From contig CAWGYD010000005.1 of assembly GCA_963826785.1 (NCBI GenBank), positions 256,001-320,000 of the forward strand: a stretch of DNA of 64,000 nucleotides, given 5' to 3'. Origin of the DNA: an uncultured delta proteobacterium. GTDB lineage: Bacteria > Desulfobacterota > Desulfobacteria > Desulfobacterales > Desulfosalsimonadaceae. Position 1 is the first letter of the stretch; each line of letters opens with the position of its first letter. The notes beneath the pieces are model-generated. The model made no database searches and was not told where the DNA came from. It was given only the letters and a program-made list of their open reading frames with translations. Both the position numbers and the translations under genes were made by a program. Shown one piece after another: positions 39,285-48,723 of this stretch.

Positions 39285-40539
39285 ATGATCAGTGAAATTC
39301 TGGCCACCGGAGATGAAATTTGCCACGGTACATTCGTGGATACCAATTCCGCCCATATCGCCCTGGCCTTGCGGGAACTCGGGATCGAAGTCGCCCGTCA
39401 CTCCTGCGTGGGCGATGATCTGGGCATGCTGGTGAAGGTGATGAAAGAGATCGGCGGGCGCGCCGATATCGCCGTGGTGACCGGCGGGCTGGGACCCACC
39501 ACCGACGATTTGACCGCACAGGCCGCAGCCGCGGCAGCAGGGGTTGAGCTCAAGCTCGACCCGAATGCGGCGGATTCCATCAAAGCGATCTTCGACCGCT
39601 TCGGCCGGTCCATGGCCGACTCCGACCTCAAGCAGGCCATGCTGCCCGAAGGCGCCGCGGTCATATACAACCGGGCGGGAACCGCCCCGGGATTTTCCGT
39701 CAAGATCGGAAAATGCCGGTTTTACTTCCTGCCGGGCATTCCATCCGAGATGGAAAAAATGCTCCTCGATGTGATCGCTCAAGTCAGGGAGGCGGCCGGA
39801 TACGTGTCCCTGTACAGCCGGACCCGGCAGTTGTCGGTGTTCGGGCTGCCCGAGGCCCGGATCAACGATCTGCTGGCGGAAGTGGAACGCACGTGCCCGG
39901 GCGTAAAGCTGGGGATGATTGCCCGGTTTCCCATTATTTACGTGAAACTGACCGCCGGTGGGGATCATCCTGCCGAAGTGGATGCCCTGCTGCTTCAGGC
40001 AGTGGAATATGCGGCTGCACGGCTGGGTGATCACCTGTTTTCATTGTCCGGCCTCACCATGGAAGAAGAAGTTGGAAATCTGCTGCGGAAGCGCGGCATC
40101 ACGGTTGCGGCGGCGGAAAGCTGCACCGGGGGCCTGGTGGCCCACATGCTCACCAATATGGCCGGCAGCTCCGATTATTTTCTGTTTTCGGCGGTCACCT
40201 ATTCGAATCAGGCCAAGGAGAAAGTCCTGGGTGTAGCCAATGAAACCCTGAGTCGTTATGGCGCGGTTCATGAAGAAACCGCAAAGGAAATGGCCGTGGG
40301 CGCCCGGCGGGTTTCAGGAGCGGATGTAGCGGTTTCCACCACGGGAATTGCCGGCCCCTCCGGCGGATCGGATGAGAAACCGGTGGGAACGGTCTGCATC
40401 GGAATCGCCACGCCGGATCAAGTCGCGGGCAAACGATTCAATTCCCCATTTCAGGGATCGGCTGTACAACAAGCAGATCTTTGCCGTATGCGCCCTGGAT
40501 TTCCTGCGGCGGATGCTTCTTGCGGAAAAACAAATGTGA
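39285..40539 (+). CDS. cinA: CinA / NMN deamidase (PncC-fused), frameshift near 40455
   Basis: TGGLGPTTDD, LPGIPSEM, AESCTGG and STTGIAGP. C-terminus DRLYNKQIFA is in another frame. Confidence 0.9.
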
Positions 40540-40546
40540 TTCAGGT

Positions 40547-40583
40547 TGACTTTAGAGTGTACACTTATTAATTTAAATGTACA
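40547..40583 (+). promoter_or_regulatory. TA promoter/operator with two TGTACA palindromes
   Basis: TTGACT followed by GTGTACAC and TGTACA. TGTACA is the known YefM-type operator core. Confidence 0.6.
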
Positions 40584-40622
40584 CTTTGTAAAATTAAGGT
40601 CAACAGTCGAAAGGACTGCAAC

Positions 40623-40856
40623 ATGGAAATCAATGTCAAAGAAGCCAGATCAAAGATCAGCGCCCTTTTAGACAGAACCCGCAAGGGGGAGGAAATCATT
40701 ATTGTGCGACGGGGCAGAAGGGTTGCGCGACTCGTCCCTTTTGACGTGAAGGAGAGGCGACTGCCCGATTTAAGCGACTTCAGGTCCTCGATCGCGATAA
40801 AAGGGGATGCCCTCAGTCAGATGGTCATTCGGCAGCGCAATGAGGAACGTTATTGA
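40623..40856 (+). CDS. Phd/YefM antitoxin
   Basis: INVKEARS..GEEIII.RRG..VARLVP. Confidence 0.9.
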   Translation: MEINVKEARSKISALLDRTRKGEEIIIVRRGRRVARLVPFDVKERRLPDLSDFRSSIAIKGDALSQMVIRQRNEERY

Positions 40857-41281
40857 TGTTTTATCTGGATACCAGTGTGCTGGTGGCCTATTACTGCCCC
40901 GAAAGTCTGAGCGAATCGGTTCAAAAATTTCTAAGCGAACAAGTTAAGCCGGGTATCAGTTCTTTGACGGAAGTAGAGCTATTTTCCGCAGTGGCCAAAA
41001 AAGTGCGCACAAAGGAAGTCGATCAGGCGGACGGGAATCGTATTTTAGCCAAATTTTCTTCCCATGTGGACGGCGAATTATTTACGATGATTTCCGTGGA
41101 AAATCATCACTGGCGGATGGCCCGGGGGTGGCTCGGTCTTTTCACTACACCGCTTAGAGCACTTGATGCCATTCATCTTGCAATCGCTTCTGCCGAAGGG
41201 TTGGAATTGATCACGTGTGACAGGTTTCTTCATCAGGCTGCCGGTGCTCTGAATGTCAAGAGCCATTTCATGGATGGATGA
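40856..41281 (+). CDS. VapC/PIN toxin
   Basis: YLDTS, LRALDAIHLA and TCD. Confidence 0.9.
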   Translation: MFYLDTSVLVAYYCPESLSESVQKFLSEQVKPGISSLTEVELFSAVAKKVRTKEVDQADGNRILAKFSSHVDGELFTMISVENHHWRMARGWLGLFTTPLRALDAIHLAIASAEGLELITCDRFLHQAAGALNVKSHFMDG

Positions 41282-41299
41282 AATTCATAAGCGAAATTT

Positions 41300-41431
41300 G
41301 ATGAAGCCGTAAAAAGTCGGATTTTACGCTTTCGTCATTCCGGCGGAGGCCGGAATCTACTACAAACTTAGTTGGTTATAGACTCCGGCTTTCACCGGAG
41401 TGACGAACTTCGGACTTTTTACGGGTTCATC
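41300..41431. mobile_element. REP-doublet MITE, copy C (empty, 132 bp)
   Basis: Same TIRs; TSD AAATTT. Confidence 0.92.
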
Positions 41432-41463
41432 AAATTTCGGTAATTGAAAGGAATTGATCAAAA

Positions 41464-42231
41464 ATGAACTGGATGGGAAAAATGGTGGGCGGCACCATCG
41501 GGTTTGCCCTGGGCGGCCCCATAGGTGCGGTGGCGGGTGCGGCTTTCGGCCATTTGTTTGACGGCGGTGAGGCGCCTGAAAAAAAAGAATGCGATCCCCA
41601 GGCACAGGCCCCGCCCACCCTGTCCAATGAAAAGGCCCAGATGACGTTTTTTCTGGCTGCATTTTCCATGCTGGGCAAGCTGGCCACTGCCGACGGGGAC
41701 GTCTCCGAACCGGAAATCAAGTCGGTCAACTCCTTCATGGCCGACGATCTTGCGTTAAACGAACAGAGCCGGCATGTGGCCGAACAGATTTTTCAGGCCG
41801 CCACCTGCTCTTCCGAAACGTTTGAAAGTTTCGCCCACCAGTTTTTTCAGCAGTTCAAGCACGAACAGCGGCTGCTGGAAATGATGATCGATATTTTGAT
41901 CCGTGTTTCCCTGGCCGATGGTCATCTTCAGGAAAACGAAGAAAAACTCATCTTGTCTGCGGTTCATACGTTCAAAATGAATCCGGGCACGTACGAGACC
42001 ATCAAAAGCCGGTATGTCCGGAATTCCGACCCGTATTATGCGATTCTTGGCGTCAGCCGCGATGATTCAGATGAAGAGATCAAAAAACAGTACCGTAAAC
42101 TGGCAATGGAAAACCATCCGGACACGGTAGCCGCCAAGGGGCTGCCCGACGAATTTAATTCCCTGGCACAGGAAAAATTCAGGGAAATACAGACCGCCTA
42201 TGAGGCCGTCAGAAAAGAGCGGGGCTTCTGA
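41464..42231 (+). CDS. djlA: DjlA-like co-chaperone (TerB plus J-domain)
   Basis: Gly-rich TM start, ADG motifs and C-terminal HPD. Confidence 0.88.
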   Translation: MNWMGKMVGGTIGFALGGPIGAVAGAAFGHLFDGGEAPEKKECDPQAQAPPTLSNEKAQMTFFLAAFSMLGKLATADGDVSEPEIKSVNSFMADDLALNEQSRHVAEQIFQAATCSSETFESFAHQFFQQFKHEQRLLEMMIDILIRVSLADGHLQENEEKLILSAVHTFKMNPGTYETIKSRYVRNSDPYYAILGVSRDDSDEEIKKQYRKLAMENHPDTVAAKGLPDEFNSLAQEKFREIQTAYEAVRKERGF

Positions 42232-42232
42232 T

Positions 42233-43729
42233 ATGATAAAGCTTGTTTCCGGGGATTTGCAGAAGATCGAGGCGCCTTTGCTGATTATCCCCGTCTGTGA
42301 AGACAAAAATCTTCATGATGATCCGGTCGTTCTGGATCTGTTGAAACCGCTGGCCCGGTATGACGAGTTTACCGGAAAATCCGGAGAAGAATTCATGTGG
42401 TTTCCCGCAAATCACATCAAAGCGGCACGGGTGTTGTTTGTCGGCATCGGAAAATCCGATAAACTCGACTTGGAAACATTTCGGGACTTTGCCGGAAGAG
42501 CCGTCAAGCGCGGAATCAAAAAAGAATTTGGCCGCATGGTATTGTGCGCACCGTCATTTGAAAAAATCAACATGCCCGCCCACTCGATTATCACGGCTTT
42601 AGCAGAAGGCGCCGTTCTGGCCAACCACGTCTTCGACCGGTACAAAAAGGAAAAGAAGAAAAAGTTGTTGTCCGATATACGGGTGTTTACGGATGCGCAA
42701 ACCGTGAAAACCGGCAAGCCGTGGGTCAAACAGGCCGAAATTATCTGCCAGGGGACGATCCTTGCCCGTGACTGGGTGAATACACCCCCCAACGACAAGC
42801 GGCCGGATCAATTTGTCCGGCTCATGCACAGGGCTGCGGAAAAAGAGAATTTGAAAATCACGGTTCTCGACGAAAAGGAACTCAAAAAAAATAAGATGGG
42901 CGGCATCCTGGCGGTGGGCGCCGGCAGCCAAAGCCGCCCGCGGATGATGATTATCGACTATCATCCCGCGCCGGAGACCCGATCCGCAAAGAAGGCCAAA
43001 ACGATTGCCCTGGTGGGAAAAGGGGTCACGTTTGATTCCGGGGGAATCAATTTGAAATCTTCGGGCGGTCTGGCGGACATGAAAATGGACATGGCCGGCG
43101 CCGCCGCCGTTGCCGCCGCCCTGATCACCGCGGCCCGGTTGTCTTTGGGCATGCGGGTGGTGGGGGTCATTCCGGTGGTGGAGAACATGGTGTCCGGCGA
43201 TGCGGTCCGGCCCGGGGATATTATTGCTTCCTATTCCGGAAAATCCGTGGAGATCGGCAACACGGATGCCGAAGGCCGCCTGATCCTGATGGATGCGCTC
43301 GCCTATGCGGTCAGAACATTCAAGCCGGATGCGGTGCTCGACATCGCCACCCTCACCGGCGCATGCATCGTGGCCCTGGGGGAAAAGATCGCCGGTGTGT
43401 TCTCACAGGATCAAAAACTGTCCGATGACATCGTGGCTTCCGGTGACGCCACCCACGAGCGGTGCTGGGCCATGCCCATGCCGGAAGACTACAAGGATAT
43501 GCTCAAAAGCGATCTGGCGGACATGAAAAATGTCGGGGCCGCACGCTGGGCGGGCTCCATTGTCGCGGCCCTGTTTTTGTCCGAATTTGTCGGAAATACC
43601 CGTTGGGCGCACATCGATATCGCCGGTCCGGCATTTGCCAAAAAAGACAACGGCTACTGCGGCCCGGGCGGAACCGGCTTCGGCGTCCGCCTCTTTATCG
43701 ACCTGCTGCAGAAATGGCAGTTGGATTGA
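42233..43729 (+). CDS. pepA: Leucyl aminopeptidase (M17)
   Basis: GKGVTFDSGG, MKMDMAG, NTDAEGRL and ATLTGA. Confidence 0.95.
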   Translation: MIKLVSGDLQKIEAPLLIIPVCEDKNLHDDPVVLDLLKPLARYDEFTGKSGEEFMWFPANHIKAARVLFVGIGKSDKLDLETFRDFAGRAVKRGIKKEFGRMVLCAPSFEKINMPAHSIITALAEGAVLANHVFDRYKKEKKKKLLSDIRVFTDAQTVKTGKPWVKQAEIICQGTILARDWVNTPPNDKRPDQFVRLMHRAAEKENLKITVLDEKELKKNKMGGILAVGAGSQSRPRMMIIDYHPAPETRSAKKAKTIALVGKGVTFDSGGINLKSSGGLADMKMDMAGAAAVAAALITAARLSLGMRVVGVIPVVENMVSGDAVRPGDIIASYSGKSVEIGNTDAEGRLILMDALAYAVRTFKPDAVLDIATLTGACIVALGEKIAGVFSQDQKLSDDIVASGDATHERCWAMPMPEDYKDMLKSDLADMKNVGAARWAGSIVAALFLSEFVGNTRWAHIDIAGPAFAKKDNGYCGPGGTGFGVRLFIDLLQKWQLD

Positions 43730-43803
43730 TGGCTGAAAACCATTTGCGTTGTCCTTCGCAAAACATCAGGGGTGGTTAGGGGTAGGGGCGGCAGCGGGTC
43801 GTA

Positions 43804-44025
43804 ACACCCCCCTTTATCCCCCCTGAAGGGGGGAATTTTTATGTTGCATGACATCGATCTATTCCCCCATACACGGGGTGATTCCTAAACACGGGGGTGA
43901 ATTCTATCTTTATCCCCACAAACCTATTATTCCCCCCTTGAGGGGGGGCAGGGGGGGTGTTTCCCCTCGCGGGTTAGCAGGGGGGGTGTTGCCCCTGAAG
44001 GGCTCAGGGGTGTTACCCCTTGGGG
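43804..44025. repeat. C/G-rich REP-like inverted pair with degenerate units
   Basis: ACACCCCCCTTTATCCCCCCTGAAGGGGGGAATT ... TTCCCCCCTTGAGGGGGGGCAGGGGGGGTGTT. Confidence 0.75.
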
Positions 44026-44199
44026 CCGGCCGGTGGGCTGTCGCTCCCATCCAAAAATAGATTTCTCCCACATCTGAACGGATACGGTCTTTTTTGATTT
44101 TTTCTTTGCATCTTCCGTAGATTTGACTATATTGCAGTTCTTCATCAAAAAGTCGAATCGCCTGCTGACATTCATCAAAAATTATCGGGAAAAAGGATC

Positions 44200-45225
44200 G
44201 TGACGGAATATAAAAACGTGCTGGTGACCGGCGCTGCCGGGTTTATCGGGTTTCATCTGTGCCGCCGTCTGCTGGAAGAGGGATGCCGGGTGACCGGTCT
44301 GGACAATCTGTGTGACTACTATGATGTCAATCTGAAAAAAGACCGCCTGGCACAGCTTCACCCCTATGAGCGGTTCAGTTTTGTTCAAACGGATTTAAGC
44401 GATCTTGCAGCGCTGACCCACGTATTTGCGGAAAGCGGATTTGACGTGGTGGTAAACCTGGCGGCCCAGGCCGGGGTCCGCTATTCCCTGACCAATCCCC
44501 ATGCCTATGTGAGTGCCAACCTGGTGGGATTTGTCAATCTCCTGGAATGCTGCCGTCATCACCAGATCAAGCACCTGGTGTTTGCCTCATCGAGTTCGGT
44601 TTACGGCGCCAATACCAACATGCCGTTTTCCGTGCATGACAATGTGGACCACCCGGTCTCCATCTATGCGGCCACCAAAAAATCAAATGAACTCATGGCC
44701 CACACCTACAGCCATCTCTACGATCTTCCCTGCACGGGCTTGCGCTTTTTCACGGTATACGGCCCCTGGGGGCGGCCGGACATGGCCCTTTTTCTGTTCA
44801 CCAAAGCTATTCTGGACAAACAGCCCATCCATGTGTTCAACCATGGACGCATGCGCCGGGATTTCACCTACATCGACGACATCATCGAAGGCGTGGTCCG
44901 GGTCATGGGGCACCTGCCGGCTGCAAATCCGGACTGGTCCGGTCAATCGCCCGATCCCGGCACCTCCTATGCGAAATACCGGATCTATAATATCGGCAAC
45001 AACCAGCCGGTGGAGCTGTCCCGCTTTATCGAAGTGATCGAAGAGATGCTGGGGCAAAAAGCGGAAAAATTGTATGAAGACCTGCAGCCGGGGGATGTGA
45101 AGGAGACCTATGCAGATATCGATGATCTGCATCATGCCGTGGGTTTCAGGCCGATCACTTCCATCGAGACCGGCATCAAACGGTTTATCGACTGGTATCA
45201 AAAATATTACGGCCAGGCAACATAG
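44200..45225 (+). CDS. NAD-dependent epimerase (UDP-glucuronate 4-epimerase type)
   Basis: GAAGFIG, LAAQAGVRYS, YAATKK and GPWGRPDMA. Confidence 0.93.
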   Translation: MTEYKNVLVTGAAGFIGFHLCRRLLEEGCRVTGLDNLCDYYDVNLKKDRLAQLHPYERFSFVQTDLSDLAALTHVFAESGFDVVVNLAAQAGVRYSLTNPHAYVSANLVGFVNLLECCRHHQIKHLVFASSSSVYGANTNMPFSVHDNVDHPVSIYAATKKSNELMAHTYSHLYDLPCTGLRFFTVYGPWGRPDMALFLFTKAILDKQPIHVFNHGRMRRDFTYIDDIIEGVVRVMGHLPAANPDWSGQSPDPGTSYAKYRIYNIGNNQPVELSRFIEVIEEMLGQKAEKLYEDLQPGDVKETYADIDDLHHAVGFRPITSIETGIKRFIDWYQKYYGQAT

Positions 45226-45243
45226 GGGCAACCCCACGGCCCA

Positions 45244-45603
45244 ACACCCCCCTTTAATTCCCCCCTCAAAGGGGGACTGAGGGAATGTACGGACCGCCGG
45301 CGGGGCTAAACAATAGCGAATTATCAAAAGAAAGCTCTCGACCCCGCTGCGCAATGTTTTTGCAGGAAGGAAATTTCGAATTTTAACGCCCACCGTCAAT
45401 GCCCCTCCCCTTAATTCCCCCATACAAGGGGGGACTGAGGGAATGTACGGACCGCCGGCGGGGCTAAACAATAGCGAATTATCAAAAGAAAGCTCTCGAC
45501 CCCGCTGCGCGATGTTTTGCAGGAAGGAATTTTTGAATCCGAACGGCCACCATCAGTGCCTCCTCCCCTTAATTCCCCCCTCGAGGGGGGCGAAGGGGGG
45601 TGT
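45244..45603. repeat. Two ~158-bp tandem units bounded by three C/G-rich REP-like palindromes
   Basis: GGGGGACTGAGGGAATGTACGGACC...GCAGGAAGGAA starts at both 45271 and 45429. Confidence 0.85.
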
Positions 45604-45694
45604 CGGCCTTCCGGAAACCAAAAAATTCATTATTGAAGTTCCGTGCTTAGTCAATTTCCTTAAAAGCGGAATTCAGGGGGTTTTTATTTAATCC

Positions 45695-45895
45695 ATGCAG
45701 AAACTGCTGATCCTCATCGGAATTGCCGTCATCCTGATCGGCCTGGCCTGGCCCTGGCTGGGAAAACTCCCCCTGGGCCGTCTTCCCGGCGATATCATCA
45801 TCAGCCGCCCCGGATTCAAATTCTATTTCCCCGTCACCACTATGATCCTTGTCAGCATCATTCTTTCACTGATCATGTGGCTCCTTCGCAAATAA
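45695..45895 (+). CDS. DUF2905 small membrane protein
   Basis: LGRLPGDI and FYFPVTT. Confidence 0.85.
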   Translation: MQKLLILIGIAVILIGLAWPWLGKLPLGRLPGDIIISRPGFKFYFPVTTMILVSIILSLIMWLLRK

Positions 45896-46031
45896 GCCTT
45901 TTGCCCGCTTCCATTCTTCCCGTCGGTGTTTGATGTCAGGTTCCTCTGGTAAATCCTCGAAAACACGGTTGACAGAGAGAATCTGCCGCATTAAAGTAGT
46001 TTTAAAGCCTACTTTACTGGAGGGACAATAT

Positions 46032-46280
46032 ATGAAAACCATTACGGCTGCCAATGCGAATCGCGGGTTTTCCAAATTGCTGCGTGAAGTGAGAAAGGGG
46101 GAAGAAGTCACCATTTTGTCGAGAGGTACGCCCGTGGCCAAAATCATTTCTGTTCATCAAGAGACGCTTCAAAAAAATGCAATGAAGAATCTCCTGTTGA
46201 CCCGATTAAAAGCCCAGGCGGTAACGGGATCTCGGAATTGGACCCGTGACGAATTATATGATGACCCTCCATGCGCGTAG
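46032..46280 (+). CDS. Phd/YefM antitoxin
   Basis: ANRGFSKLL..GEEVTI..RGTPVA and WTRDELYD. TTGACA-17-TAAAGT upstream. Confidence 0.88.
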   Translation: MKTITAANANRGFSKLLREVRKGEEVTILSRGTPVAKIISVHQETLQKNAMKNLLLTRLKAQAVTGSRNWTRDELYDDPPCA

Positions 46281-46720
46281 CCCTGGATACGAATATAATC
46301 GCCTATGCCGAAGGAATCGGAGATGCTTCCCGCTGCGCCGATGCCATCCGGCTGATTGAACAATTGCCCGCCGAAATTATTCTGCTTCCCGCCCAAACTT
46401 TGGGGGAACTTTTCCGGGTCCTGACCGGAAAGGCAAAACGGGAGGCCGGGCTTGCACGAGAGGCGATTATGACATGGGCCGATAGCTTTGAAGTTGCCGA
46501 TTCATCATGGACGGCTTTCCAGGCTGCGATGGATCTGGTGGTTGATCACCGGTTACAGATCTGGGACGCTTTAATCATGTCTGTTGCAGCCGAAAATCAC
46601 TGTCGCCTCCTCTTGAGCGAAGACTTGCAAAACGGATTCATCTGGAGAGGTGTCACCGTGGTTAATCCCTTTGCTACGCCATCTTCCCCGCTGCTCGATA
46701 ATCTTCTGCAAACCGGTTGA
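46271..46720 (+). CDS. PIN/VapC toxin
   Basis: LDTNI, IWDALI, LLSEDLQ and VNPF. Confidence 0.9.
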   Translation: MRVALDTNIIAYAEGIGDASRCADAIRLIEQLPAEIILLPAQTLGELFRVLTGKAKREAGLAREAIMTWADSFEVADSSWTAFQAAMDLVVDHRLQIWDALIMSVAAENHCRLLLSEDLQNGFIWRGVTVVNPFATPSSPLLDNLLQTG

Positions 46721-46757
46721 CCTCAAAGCATAATCCGTCGTTTTTTCGAAACACCGG

Positions 46758-48584
46758 TCAATTGCTCAACACCTCCCGCATCTGCATCCGCCAGCTTTCC
46801 GCGTATCTTCCGCCGTTTTCAACCAGCTGTTCATGTGCCCCGGATTCGACAATCCGGCCGTCTTCCATGACATGAATGATATCCGCATGCATGGCCGTGG
46901 TGAATCGATGGGTGATGATCAAAACGGTGTGCCCTGCGCTCAGTTCCCGGAACCGGGCCAGCCATTCGGCTTCGGCCCAGGAATCCATGGCACTGGTGGG
47001 TTCGTCTAAAACAATGATGGACGCATCCCGGAAAAATGCCCGCGCCAGGGCAAGCCGCTGCCATTCACCCACGGAAAGCTCCGCCCCGCCGAACCATTTC
47101 CCCAGAACCGTATCATATCCCAGTGGCAGCTTTCTGATGATCGATTTCATGCCAGACGCCTGGGCCGCTGCATCAATTTTATCCTTATCATCAGCGTCAT
47201 CCAGCGACCCCAACGTGATATTTTCTGCGGCAGTCGTGTGATAATGAACCGGCTCCTGAAACAGGACCGTGATCTGCCGCCGCAATGATGCCAGGTCCAT
47301 CTCCCGCAGATCCTTGCCGTCCACCCGGATTTTGCCTGTTTGCGGATCATAGAACCGGCACAGCAACTTGATCAGCGTGCTTTTGCCGGACCCATTGTGC
47401 CCGACGATGGCCGTTACCCGACCGGCTTCAAGTGAAAGTGAAAAGTTTTCAACAGCAAAACGCTCACTTCCCGGATATGTAAAGGATACATCTTCAAACC
47501 GGATTTCCCGGCGCACTTCAAAATGAGCAGCTTCGGCCGATGGGTTGTCGTTGACTTGGGATTCGATGGCCAGAAATTGAAAGAGGTTTTCCAGAAAAAG
47601 GGTGCTGCGGTAGATCTGCCCCGTGCTGGAGAGCATGGAGCGGAGTAAGGCCTGCCCCTGCTGAAATGCCTGGTAGCACAGCACCAGGTCGCCCAACTGC
47701 GCCACGCCCCGCAGGGTGCGAAGCAGCATCCATCCGATGCCGATCAGTCCGCCGCTCCAGGCGACCAGCCCCGCGATCAGTTCGGTCTTCATCTCATCCC
47801 GGGCCAGTCTGAGGCGTCCGGAGCGAAGGCGTGAACGCACACGCCGATACTGATCCCGGAAATGCGGCCCCAAACCGAACAATCGGACTTCTGCAGCGCT
47901 TTCCCTCTCCGTCATCAGCCAGTCATAATACCGCACCAGCCGGTTGTTGATGGTGTTCTTCACCCGCCACTTATGTTCCCGCAGGACGAAGTTTCCCACC
48001 ACCCACAGGCCGGGCAGGGCGCTTGCGATCAGCAGCAGCGGCATCCAGAAGGCGTATCCCGCCAAAAGAACGGCCAGGGCCAGCAGCGTGACGGAGTTTT
48101 GGATGAAATTTCCAAGGTTTTCCAGAAGATTCAGCGGTTGATGGATGGCATCCACGCTGGCGCGATACAGCAGGTCATAGGAGTCCGGATGATCGTAAAA
48201 GGACATATCCAGGCCCAGTGCCTTTGCGTGGATCAGGTCATTGATGTGGTCCTGGACAAATTCGGCCTGAACGGTCCGTGCCCGGTTCACCAGGCTGGAG
48301 AGCACCTGGCTGAGGACCCACAATACGCCCATCACCGCTACGGGTGCCCACACCGGTGAGAATTTATCAAAAACTGTCCCGGGCGTTCCGGCGGCTCCCG
48401 CCAGAATATTGACCACGTACCGGATCATGTACACCAGCGCGGCCGGCACCAGTCCCTGGAGCAGAAGGAGCATGCCCCACAAAAGGGTCCATTGCCGCGC
48501 GGCCCGCCACACCAGCCGGATGCCCCGGCCCATTAACGGCAATCGTGAAAGAAATTCATTTAATGCGGCTTTTAGCATGATCAA
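46758..48584 (-). CDS. ABC exporter (fused permease/ATPase)
   Basis: TM domain plus GHNGSGKST, LSVGEWQR and LDEPTS. Confidence 0.92.
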   Translation of the reverse strand: MIMLKAALNEFLSRLPLMGRGIRLVWRAARQWTLLWGMLLLLQGLVPAALVYMIRYVVNILAGAAGTPGTVFDKFSPVWAPVAVMGVLWVLSQVLSSLVNRARTVQAEFVQDHINDLIHAKALGLDMSFYDHPDSYDLLYRASVDAIHQPLNLLENLGNFIQNSVTLLALAVLLAGYAFWMPLLLIASALPGLWVVGNFVLREHKWRVKNTINNRLVRYYDWLMTERESAAEVRLFGLGPHFRDQYRRVRSRLRSGRLRLARDEMKTELIAGLVAWSGGLIGIGWMLLRTLRGVAQLGDLVLCYQAFQQGQALLRSMLSSTGQIYRSTLFLENLFQFLAIESQVNDNPSAEAAHFEVRREIRFEDVSFTYPGSERFAVENFSLSLEAGRVTAIVGHNGSGKSTLIKLLCRFYDPQTGKIRVDGKDLREMDLASLRRQITVLFQEPVHYHTTAAENITLGSLDDADDKDKIDAAAQASGMKSIIRKLPLGYDTVLGKWFGGAELSVGEWQRLALARAFFRDASIIVLDEPTSAMDSWAEAEWLARFRELSAGHTVLIITHRFTTAMHADIIHVMEDGRIVESGAHEQLVENGGRYAESWRMQMREVLSN

Positions 48585-48723
48585 TCTATGATGAAATTGA
48601 AAGAAATCGGTTCAATATTGATGAAGCCGTAAAAAGTCGGATTTTACGCTTTCGTCATTCCGGCGGAGGCCGGAATCTACAACAAACTAAGTTGGTTATA
48701 GACTCCGGTTTTCACCGGAATGA

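Noticed and set aside
26735..48723. Segment already inverted between the two introns
   Set aside because: Each host MITE retains a matching TSD pair (AACATT and AATATT).
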